In this document: positions 43,368-50,913 of the stretch, one piece after another | Layout of the letters: every line of letters begins with the position of its first letter | Position numbering within the stretch: position 1 is the first letter of the stretch | Virus record (IMG/VR): IMGVR_UViG_3300045988_140118 | DNA from: a virus | Length of the DNA stretch: 64,000 nucleotides | Direction: 5' to 3' (one strand) | Translations under genes and position numbers: made by a program | Notes under the pieces: model-generated | Seen by the model: the letters and a program-made list of their open reading frames with translations, nothing else | The model's database searches: none | What the model was told of the DNA's origin: nothing

Positions 43368-43595
43368 ATGGGAACTTCCAAGAAACAAGCTAATATTTTT
43401 GAAAAGGTGGCTACTTGCCAGAGTCCAACAGGAACTACCTACGGATATATTTATACCAAGAACGGATGGTTTGGTTATTACATGTGTGGTTACAAATATC
43501 CGGAGAAAAAAGGTACCCTGGAAGAAGTTGAAAAATATGTCCGTGAAGAATGGGATTTGATTATAAAGAGAAGTGCGAAATTTAAGAATATGTAA
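43368..43595 (+). CDS. hypothetical protein
   Basis: Preferred over the overlapping ORF 43312-43560 because of spacing and composition. Confidence 0.45.
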   Translation: MGTSKKQANIFEKVATCQSPTGTTYGYIYTKNGWFGYYMCGYKYPEKKGTLEEVEKYVREEWDLIIKRSAKFKNM

Positions 43596-43632
43596 AACCG
43601 GTAGCCGAAAGCTGCCACAACACCCAAAAATT

Positions 43633-44499
43633 ATGAAAACAACTGTAGAAACTATTTCATTAGAAAAACTCCATGAAACTTGTGTAAAGAAATTCGGCGA
43701 TACGCTGGATACGTACTACACCCGTAAAGTAACTGCCCGTTTGGCAAAGAAGATTACCCGTGAACTGGAAGAAATCGCTTCAGGTATGCGTAAACCGAAA
43801 ACAGAGATCCTGCCTGTTGAGGAAGTAGAGAGCTTCGATTCGTTTACCGTAATGCTGGATGGCGAGAAGTATGTATTCAGTGGGGACGATGACGAATACT
43901 ACCTGAAACCCGCCAAGAGAGTCAGAAGAAAAGCAAGTGCTCCGGCGGAAGAGACTCCGGTAACTCAAAAGGCTCCCACCAAGCTGGTAAGGAAAGAAGC
44001 TCCGAAAACCAAAGAGGTGAAATTGGTTCCGGGTAAGGACTACGTATACGAGTTGGTACGTCCGTTACCCATGTGGAAAGGAGTGTACCCGTCTATGGAG
44101 GAGATTACGAAAGTTTGGAACGTGATTACGATGTCTTGTTCGGACGAGCTGCTGTTTCAGATGTTGAACGCAGCCACTATTCCGAATGTAAAAACCGAAC
44201 GGATGCCGGAACTCAGTCGGATTCTTTCCGGTAAACAAAAAGACCGCAGCCAACTTCGGGTATTGGCGAACTTGCTGATTCACGATCTGGCCGGTGCGCT
44301 CAGCGGGAATGTTGCCATGTATACGGATAAAGCGGTGAAAACGGTTGCCTCTTTTGTACAGAGCGTGCCGTACCGTACAGCCAACGTTACCGCTTACTTG
44401 GAGGAACGTGGTTTTAAGTTGACGGGTAACGTTTATAAACGTGGACGTACCGTACTGAATACCTACAAAGAGATAGCCGAATTTATAAACGCTTGTTAA
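43633..44499 (+). CDS. hypothetical protein (first gene of the higher-GC island)
   Basis: ATG 43633 inside the track ORF; Lys/Pro-rich linker. Confidence 0.55.
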   Translation: MKTTVETISLEKLHETCVKKFGDTLDTYYTRKVTARLAKKITRELEEIASGMRKPKTEILPVEEVESFDSFTVMLDGEKYVFSGDDDEYYLKPAKRVRRKASAPAEETPVTQKAPTKLVRKEAPKTKEVKLVPGKDYVYELVRPLPMWKGVYPSMEEITKVWNVITMSCSDELLFQMLNAATIPNVKTERMPELSRILSGKQKDRSQLRVLANLLIHDLAGALSGNVAMYTDKAVKTVASFVQSVPYRTANVTAYLEERGFKLTGNVYKRGRTVLNTYKEIAEFINAC

Positions 44500-44507
44500 G
44501 ATAGGAT

Positions 44508-44741
44508 ATGGGACGAATGAATTACACAGTGGAGAGCAGCTTTATCAAATCGGCTGCTTACTCCGAAGAAAAACAATGCTTGCGTTTGGAGATCAGGGAT
44601 TACTTTTATTACTATTACGGGATTACGAAAAATAGGTGTACCCGTTTCCGTAACGCAACCAGCAGAGGAGCTTACTTCTGCACACACATCAAAGGACAGT
44701 TTACTTGTGTAAAACGAAAAATAAGGAGGGCAAAAAAGTGA
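44508..44741 (+). CDS. KTSC-domain protein
   Basis: VESSFIKSAAYSEEKQCLRLEI...ATSRGAYF matches the KTSC pattern; paralog at 50150. Confidence 0.6.
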   Translation: MGRMNYTVESSFIKSAAYSEEKQCLRLEIRDYFYYYYGITKNRCTRFRNATSRGAYFCTHIKGQFTCVKRKIRRAKK

Positions 44742-45310
44742 GAACACGTGAGATGATTGACGCATTGGTAGGGAAAGACTCTAAACGGTTTGACCGTAAA
44801 CATCTGGAATCGTTGCCGGCTGCTGCCGTAGGTGTAGTTTATAAATGTGTATTCGGGGAGCCAAAAGTACTCCCCAATAACAAAGACTACGACAGTCAGG
44901 GAAATGAAGTGACCTACGAAATAAAAGAGGCGGACGATACCGAAATAGTGGAACCCTATGACCCTGAATACCTGGAGGAGAATCCGCAAAGGGACGAGGT
45001 ACTTTCCACGTATGAAAAATGGTACTTGAAAGAGGTTGCCAAAATCGAGAAAGCGTTACGGCAAGTACGGGTTGCCTTTGATTGGGATGACCGCTTCGAT
45101 ACATTCCGGGTTGCTCGTTACCCTAGAGGTGAATATCCGGTTTATCGGTATATCTGGATCGAGGAAGACAATACGTATGCGTTCGGTCCGGCAGAAAGTA
45201 TGGAGTCCGGACATGATACCGTAACCACTCCCAGGCTATCCGTACTTGTGAGAAAAGTAAAGACTTGGACAGAAACTAAATTAATAAAGAAAGATGAAAA
45301 CCATGATTGA
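44738..45310 (+). CDS. hypothetical protein
   Basis: GTG start overlapping the upstream TGA, with AAGGAGG 8 nt upstream. The track ORF starts at 44705. Confidence 0.5.
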   Translation: MRTREMIDALVGKDSKRFDRKHLESLPAAAVGVVYKCVFGEPKVLPNNKDYDSQGNEVTYEIKEADDTEIVEPYDPEYLEENPQRDEVLSTYEKWYLKEVAKIEKALRQVRVAFDWDDRFDTFRVARYPRGEYPVYRYIWIEEDNTYAFGPAESMESGHDTVTTPRLSVLVRKVKTWTETKLIKKDENHD

Positions 45311-45497
45311 AGAAAAACCCAGACTTATCCGTTTCTTGGACGGTGAATTTAAGAACAGAACCCTGCGTAAACCGTATCGGATGTGGTGGAGAAACTTTAT
45401 GTATTCTACCGTAATGATCGTAGCTACCCTTTTGCTGTTCCTGTTTATACAGATATTGAGTAACATAGCTGATTACATTAATTACGTGGTAAGATGA
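45294..45497 (+). CDS. small membrane protein
   Basis: Transmembrane segment YSTVMIVATLLLFLFIQIL. Confidence 0.5.
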   Translation: MKTMIEEKPRLIRFLDGEFKNRTLRKPYRMWWRNFMYSTVMIVATLLLFLFIQILSNIADYINYVVR

Positions 45498-46147
45498 AAA
45501 AACGATTGTCTAGAAAAGAATACACGGAGATAAGTGAGGAGATCAGAGCTGCCGTTGAAGAAGTAGCCAAAAAACACGGGTTCACAAGCAGCATCCCTTC
45601 CTTTACTTTTAACGAAGGTGTTAAAGGAATATTTAACGGAGTGCTCCGGTTGATGGATGGTGATGACATCCTGTTTACCTCAAAAGAACATACAACGGCT
45701 GATACGTATGCAAAAGATGTGGTGTTTCCCGGAGCACATATCCTAGGAAGTAAGTTTAAAGGTGTCCCCGGACTTCCGGCCCTTACTTTCACCATAGTAG
45801 ATATAAGAAAAAGTAAACTTACCCCTTTTGTAGTAGTAAGCGAGGAGGGTGATAAGTATAAGGTGGGAATCGAATTACTGCGCAGAGCTACTTTTATTAC
45901 GGAGGAAGGAGATTGCGTCCCCTTTACAATGAAGACCTTTGTCAGTTTCTTGCAAGGTGAGACTTTTAGAGCCGCTTTTAAATTCTTCACATATGAAGAA
46001 CGTTCCGACCTTAACCTGATTCGTGAAAAGATAAACCGGTTGGGCAATGTGCCTCTTGATGTGATTGAGAAGGTGTATAGGTTTGTTCTCCGGACAGATA
46101 TGCTGAGTGCTTTTAAAGTAATAAAAAGATACGAAAAAACTTTGTGA
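45494..46147 (+). CDS. hypothetical protein
   Basis: Protein-like composition; the longer antisense ORF was rejected. Confidence 0.55.
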   Translation: MKKRLSRKEYTEISEEIRAAVEEVAKKHGFTSSIPSFTFNEGVKGIFNGVLRLMDGDDILFTSKEHTTADTYAKDVVFPGAHILGSKFKGVPGLPALTFTIVDIRKSKLTPFVVVSEEGDKYKVGIELLRRATFITEEGDCVPFTMKTFVSFLQGETFRAAFKFFTYEERSDLNLIREKINRLGNVPLDVIEKVYRFVLRTDMLSAFKVIKRYEKTL

Positions 46148-46467
46148 TTATGAATACAAGAGATTTTAAGAGACTGATCGTGGTAGGATTTGACCTGCCT
46201 TCTTTGTACAAACGTTCGGTATGGAGACAAGCGGAAGAAGTGATGAACGTACTTGTGAAACATTGTCCGGTAGTGAAAGCCACTCCACGGTCAGCCTGCA
46301 AGTTTGCTTTTACCGGAGCCATGACAAATACGACCATAGATGAACTGGTAAAAGTATACAGATCGAAAACTCCTCTGAGAAAAGAACTGGACGATATGCG
46401 TGAACTGGCTTCTCAGAACAACATTCCCTTAAACAGCTTTAAATTATTAACCCTTTATTTGAAATAA
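46144..46467 (+). CDS. hypothetical protein
   Basis: GTGA-overlap start; an alternative ATG lies at 46150. Confidence 0.5.
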   Translation: MIMNTRDFKRLIVVGFDLPSLYKRSVWRQAEEVMNVLVKHCPVVKATPRSACKFAFTGAMTNTTIDELVKVYRSKTPLRKELDDMRELASQNNIPLNSFKLLTLYLK

Positions 46468-46468
46468 T

Positions 46469-47887
46469 ATGGAATCGAAAAAATTAATTGCCTGCCTGAA
46501 AGGTTGCAGAACCCGTTACAGTAAAAATGCAGATCCTAAGATGGAGTCCAAAGTAGTAACTTCTTTATTAAAGGACAGTGACCCTTCTTTCCTGCAAATG
46601 TTGAAAGAAAAAAGTTCCGACCTATATCACTACGTAAATACAGTTTTGAGCGTATCCGACCTTAAAACGCCTAAATTGACGAGATCTCCTGTGGTACTTC
46701 CTTCTGAAAATACGGAATGTCTCGCACACAGTACAAAAGGAGTGGTCTATGAAATTGACACCATCAAGAAAACCTGTAAACGGGTACTCTCCGATCTGTC
46801 ACAGTTAGCCGATACAGAAATCGAGATGGAGGAAATGCCGATGACGGTTTACCAAAGATACCTGAAGGATAAATTTTTCGGTGAGACTGTAGTCATTAAA
46901 AAAGGAAAACTCCTGTTCAGAGGATACCGGGTTTCCTGCACAAAGGAAAACGGTTTTATGATTGAGGATACCATGAATAAATATAAAGTGGTAGATACAA
47001 CATTCGAGGGCATCCCTACTCCGGCAGAATTGGGAGAATTTTTCGTCCGTCCTCGTGTAGAGCATACACCGGAAGATTTACATGCTGCTGTTGAAAGAGG
47101 CAAACAGCTAGCTTCCGAAAAAACAAAGACGGTCAGTATTGAAGTGGAAGAACCGGAAGAAGTAGACTTCGAAACACTCCGGTTAAAAGTGCTCGGAAAG
47201 ATTAACGCTATCCGTGAAGGAAAGGTTTCAAACTTTGACCCGGTGGATTTTCCGAAGATGATACCGTTTCGCAGATGGAAACGTTCGGTATCTATCCATA
47301 TTAATAAATGGAAGAACAAAAAGCTCCGGTATAAAACTTTATTAGCCGCCATTGAGAAAGTAACTCGTGAGGAGACTTTCGTGGTAGAGGAAAAAAATCA
47401 CCGGAGTTCTTTTGTAGGAACTATCCTTCCCGAATTTAAAACAGTAGGACGGTTGATCGGTAACAAACTGGAGGTAGACGGTAAGTTGGTGGACGCTGTT
47501 CCTTTCTTGCAGGCTCACTTACTCCATTATGAACCGAAAGCCATGCAACAACTAATGCGATTTGCCCGACACGAGATTGATGCGGTAACTTTGCTACAGA
47601 ATCCTTATCACGATGACTGGAAGATTGAGTACAACAGCAAACTGTTACCCAATACCAAAGAGGTAGCCGATATTCTCTCCGCCTTACATGAAAGTACAGG
47701 ACTTTGTGTACCACAAGATGTTTTATATGAAGCAGACCTGAAAATTGGAGATAAAATACTTATATTTGTCGATGGCTCTTGGAAACGTAAAACAATTACT
47801 GAGCTTGAAAACGGTATTTGTATCAATAAGGGAGTCGGGCTAATGAAATATGATAAGTGGATAAAATTAGACGATGAAAAGAAGTGA
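46469..47887 (+). CDS. hypothetical 472-aa protein
   Basis: Long ORF; no motif recognised. Confidence 0.6.
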   Translation: MESKKLIACLKGCRTRYSKNADPKMESKVVTSLLKDSDPSFLQMLKEKSSDLYHYVNTVLSVSDLKTPKLTRSPVVLPSENTECLAHSTKGVVYEIDTIKKTCKRVLSDLSQLADTEIEMEEMPMTVYQRYLKDKFFGETVVIKKGKLLFRGYRVSCTKENGFMIEDTMNKYKVVDTTFEGIPTPAELGEFFVRPRVEHTPEDLHAAVERGKQLASEKTKTVSIEVEEPEEVDFETLRLKVLGKINAIREGKVSNFDPVDFPKMIPFRRWKRSVSIHINKWKNKKLRYKTLLAAIEKVTREETFVVEEKNHRSSFVGTILPEFKTVGRLIGNKLEVDGKLVDAVPFLQAHLLHYEPKAMQQLMRFARHEIDAVTLLQNPYHDDWKIEYNSKLLPNTKEVADILSALHESTGLCVPQDVLYEADLKIGDKILIFVDGSWKRKTITELENGICINKGVGLMKYDKWIKLDDEKK

Positions 47888-48233
47888 AATAAAGGATGCT
47901 ATAATGCGGGTACAGATTGATGCTGCCATAATGACGATGGAACAGTTTCTTTCAGAGTACTCCAACATTACAGAGGAACATTATTGGGGACAGATGAAAA
48001 ATCTGGATTACCCGATGGTAAAGACAGTCTTGTTTAATAGTCTTCGGGAGGTAGCGGTGAATCCTCCTCCCGTTGAAAAGGCTATAATAGAAATGAATAA
48101 AAACTTATTCAAGGTTCAACTTTTAAAAATGCTATTTTATGAAAAATGTTTTGAGACTAAAGATTCTAGGTTTTATCCTGTTATGCTGTGCACAGATCAG
48201 TGCACAAAACAAGGTTTCTTTGTTACCTGCTGA
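47874..48233 (+). CDS. hypothetical protein
   Basis: Packed ORF; the 3' end overlaps the next gene by 95 nt. Confidence 0.45.
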   Translation: MKRSEIKDAIMRVQIDAAIMTMEQFLSEYSNITEEHYWGQMKNLDYPMVKTVLFNSLREVAVNPPPVEKAIIEMNKNLFKVQLLKMLFYEKCFETKDSRFYPVMLCTDQCTKQGFFVTC

Positions 48234-48618
48234 AATGGTAAAACACATAGGTGTTTCTGATCGCCCTTCTTTTGAAGAATTAATTGGTGCGCCTAGTGAT
48301 TCTATCCCTGAACGAAATACATTCGTTTATCACGTGGTAAATACGTATGATAATCTACCAACGTCCGTGCATGTTGTTTATAACGTACATACCGGAAAAC
48401 TTGGTAGTGTACGTTTCGGTTCAAGAAAACATCTGGGTTATTGGATGGACTTTTCCCTATTGCCTGGATTTGTTGCCAAACGTGACCAAACCATTTCCGG
48501 AAATCCGGAACATCGGGTTACTCTGAGAAGAGGAAAGTTCCTCTGTATTCTTGATAACATAGAATATGATTATTCGGGAGTTTCATATATGACGGTTATT
48601 TATTCTAGAAAGCCATGA
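48139..48618 (+). CDS. secreted protein or lipoprotein
   Basis: Signal peptide MKNVLRLKILGFILLCCAQISAQ. Confidence 0.55.
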   Translation: MKNVLRLKILGFILLCCAQISAQNKVSLLPAEMVKHIGVSDRPSFEELIGAPSDSIPERNTFVYHVVNTYDNLPTSVHVVYNVHTGKLGSVRFGSRKHLGYWMDFSLLPGFVAKRDQTISGNPEHRVTLRRGKFLCILDNIEYDYSGVSYMTVIYSRKP

Positions 48619-48719
48619 TCTTACTTGGAGTTATTTTTGTTCTTCTTGCCTGCATGACAAAGAAGAAATTTTGGAGAATCTTATTTTGGATACTTGCTAT
48701 TTTAATTGTATTCTTTTGA
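48615..48719 (+). CDS. 34-aa membrane peptide
   Basis: MILLGVIFVLLAC...ILFWILAILIVFF; ATGA-overlap start; below the ORF-track cutoff. Confidence 0.3.
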   Translation: MILLGVIFVLLACMTKKKFWRILFWILAILIVFF

Positions 48720-48720
48720 T

Positions 48721-49041
48721 ATGGAATTACGTTGTTATAATGTAAAGGAGATTTGGCATGAATGTGTCAAGTGCCGGATTGGAGATGACATAGGAATCTA
48801 TGCTGACAAGTTTGAGCTTCGTAAAGAAGATATTAAGTCAATGGTTTCCCAGATAAAGAATGACCACGGAGAAACTTATTGCTGTGAATGTCACATACGA
48901 CAAGACGGTGAACAATGGACTCCTTATCGTCAGATAGTTGAGATGCTAATATTAATGGGAGCTAAAGCAGGTGCATTGCATTTCTGCGGCTCCTTAGTAG
49001 ATAACCCTTTAATTCGTTTTGAACAATATGGCCAGAAATAG
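48721..49041 (+). CDS. hypothetical Cys-containing protein
   Basis: ATG 48721 inside track ORF 48706-49041. Confidence 0.5.
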   Translation: MELRCYNVKEIWHECVKCRIGDDIGIYADKFELRKEDIKSMVSQIKNDHGETYCCECHIRQDGEQWTPYRQIVEMLILMGAKAGALHFCGSLVDNPLIRFEQYGQK

Positions 49042-49312
49042 AAAACGTGTCGAGGCAGGTGATCCTGTAGAACTTAGTAACATTCGTGAAATGATAAGAG
49101 CGAAGATCATAGAGAATCATGGAAGTATCGCTTATTTCATGAAGTCCGATTTTGGAAAATCTTTAGGAGGTTTAAAAATAAGAACCTATTTGTATGACTC
49201 AGGACCTACAAATTTCAGAATTTTAAGAGACCTGTGTGAACATTTTGGGATCGGATCGCTTTCTAAGAAGGAGAAGATCATTCGCACAGTCACGTATAGA
49301 TTGAGTAAGTAA
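49019..49312 (+). CDS. hypothetical protein
   Basis: Packed ORF followed by a terminator. Confidence 0.5.
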   Translation: MNNMARNRKRVEAGDPVELSNIREMIRAKIIENHGSIAYFMKSDFGKSLGGLKIRTYLYDSGPTNFRILRDLCEHFGIGSLSKKEKIIRTVTYRLSK

Positions 49313-49329
49313 GATCGTTTTTGTAGTAT

Positions 49330-49367
49330 GAAGCGCAACAATTAATTTTGTTTGCGCTTCTTTTTTT
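49330..49367 (+). terminator. rho-independent terminator
   Basis: GAAGCGCAA pairs with TTGCGCTTC (9 bp), followed by T7. Confidence 0.7.
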
Positions 49368-49381
49368 GTCTAAAAGATTAG

Positions 49382-49397
49382 TATCTTTGTCCCAAAG
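49382..49397 (+). promoter_or_regulatory. -7 box with extension TATCTTTGTCCCAAAG
   Basis: TAnnTTTG 36 nt upstream of ATG 49426; the extension is shared with 41130 and 50130. Confidence 0.45.
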
Positions 49398-49425
49398 GGG
49401 TGTGAACTTTAAAATTTTAAAACTT

Positions 49426-50076
49426 ATGCAGAAAGAGAAACAAATAAAATCGTACCAGCGAAAAACCAAATCAGGTAAAGTAGTTACAGTAAAAGCACAT
49501 ACTGCTAAATATACTGCTGCCGACATGGCTGCTGAAGCATTGAGAAAAAAGCATGGTGCCGGTAATGAACTTGAAGGACTTAAAAGAAAATCTCCCGGTA
49601 ATAAAGAAAAACCATCTGAAAGGCAATCCAAGGAACTTCTACATTCATCGTCTGGAAAGGTATATAAGAGGGGTAGTTCTGGAGAACTCGTTGAGGTTAA
49701 CCCATCAAAGACCTCTAAGAAAAAAGAGACTAAAAAACCGAAACCCCGTTCTAATGCAAAGAGTAAGAATAGGACTATAGGTACAGGAGTTAATGGACCC
49801 GTTAAGAAGAGTCCCAAGACGAAAGATGTACTGCCCATTCCCGAAGCCAAAACTAAGAAACGCATGTCTCCAAAAAGTACAAAAAGAACTGGACACGCTG
49901 GGAAATCTACCCCTTTTAGTGGACAGACACAGCTTAAACAGGAAATGGCTATGTGGAAGAAATCTCCAACAAGTGCTATGGGAAAAGCAAGTAGGAATAA
50001 TATAACTAAACTTCTTCAAGAGAAGAAAAAGCAGGGTCATAAACTTACCAAAAGAGAAGAAGCCTTTTTGTGGTAG
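49426..50076 (+). CDS. Lys-rich protein with basic double-heptad N-terminal module (paralog B)
   Basis: IKSYQRKTKSGKVVTVKAHTAK, followed by about 190 aa of Lys/Ser/Pro-rich low-complexity sequence. Confidence 0.65.
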   Translation: MQKEKQIKSYQRKTKSGKVVTVKAHTAKYTAADMAAEALRKKHGAGNELEGLKRKSPGNKEKPSERQSKELLHSSSGKVYKRGSSGELVEVNPSKTSKKKETKKPKPRSNAKSKNRTIGTGVNGPVKKSPKTKDVLPIPEAKTKKRMSPKSTKRTGHAGKSTPFSGQTQLKQEMAMWKKSPTSAMGKASRNNITKLLQEKKKQGHKLTKREEAFLW

Positions 50077-50099
50077 CTAAAATAAAATCACTATCTTTG
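50067..50099 (+). promoter_or_regulatory. Bacteroidota-type promoter, TTTG-N21-TATCTTTG
   Basis: Exact consensus match. Confidence 0.6.
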
Positions 50100-50100
50100 C

Positions 50101-50137
50101 AGGTGAGCATCGGTAAAACGGTGTTCACCTATTTTTG
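50101..50137 (+). terminator. hairpin + T-run (terminator or 5'-leader structure)
   Basis: AGGTGA...TCACCT with an inner CG/CG pair, followed by TATTTTTG. Confidence 0.5.
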
Positions 50138-50149
50138 TACCCAATAGAA

Positions 50150-50362
50150 ATGCAGATAAATTCATCTAACATAAGAGAAGCTGACTATGATCGAAAAAGT
50201 CGTTTACTAAGGATGACTTTTATAAATCGTCCTCGTTGGGAGTATACTTATTACAATGTTCCCCCGACTATATGGACCCGCTTTCTTCAGGCATCCAGTA
50301 AGGGAGGTTACTTTTCCGACTTTATTAGGGATGTGTTTAGATATAGTAGAATAATAAAGTAA
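50150..50362 (+). CDS. KTSC-domain protein
   Basis: INSSNIREADYDRKSRLLRMTF...YYNVPPTIWTRFLQASSKGGYF. Confidence 0.7.
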   Translation: MQINSSNIREADYDRKSRLLRMTFINRPRWEYTYYNVPPTIWTRFLQASSKGGYFSDFIRDVFRYSRIIK

Positions 50363-50381
50363 CATTAAAATCGTAGAAATT

Positions 50382-50912
50382 ATGGGAACTATTACAAGAG
50401 TGTTTGAGTTTGATTGTGCCCATCGGGTAATGAATGAAAAAGTAAAATGTTTCAATTTGCATGGTCACAGGTTCAAAGCGGAAGTGACCCTTTCTTACTC
50501 AGAGAAAGCTGCTTTAGGTTATGCAACCGACTTTAAAGAATTGAAAAGGATTTTAGGTGATTTCATAGACAGGTTTTTAGACCATGCCTGTTTACTGAAC
50601 CCCGAAGATCTGGGTCTTATTACCATGTGCTCCGAAAATAAATGGCGCTTGTGGATTATGGGATTAGGACATCATGCGGATGTTAATCCTTCTGCTGAGA
50701 ATATTGCTTCTGAACTTTTCTACATCTTCAGACAGTTTTTTCCTAAAGACTCTCAAACCAGTATTGAGAAGATCCGTTTATACGAGACTCCTAATTGTTG
50801 GGTAGAGGTTACTGGCTACGACTATGAAGCCACAGAATCTTTTCAAAAAGAGATTATGAAGTGGAGAAACTCAAAAGGAACATTCAACTACGATATAAGA
50901 ACTGATATTTGA
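50382..50912 (+). CDS. queD: QueD-like 6-carboxytetrahydropterin synthase
   Basis: FEFDCAHRV...CFNLHGHRFKAEV...GYATDFKELK...LDHACLLN. Confidence 0.85.
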   Translation: MGTITRVFEFDCAHRVMNEKVKCFNLHGHRFKAEVTLSYSEKAALGYATDFKELKRILGDFIDRFLDHACLLNPEDLGLITMCSENKWRLWIMGLGHHADVNPSAENIASELFYIFRQFFPKDSQTSIEKIRLYETPNCWVEVTGYDYEATESFQKEIMKWRNSKGTFNYDIRTDI

Positions 50913-50913
50913 T

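Noticed and set aside
43312-43560. 82-aa + ORF overlapping 43368-43595
   Set aside because: It overlaps both neighbours out of frame. The alternative, 43368-43595, starts just after the upstream stop and looks more protein-like.
45478-46263. 261-aa minus-strand ORF
   Set aside because: It is fully antisense to the protein-like + ORF 45494-46147. Its Ser/Leu/Arg-rich shadow composition and opposite orientation to all neighbours argue against it.
49290-49865. 191-aa minus-strand ORF
   Set aside because: It is the antisense shadow of the Lys-rich + gene: AAG/AAA codons read as Leu/Phe on the other strand. It has no independent signals.
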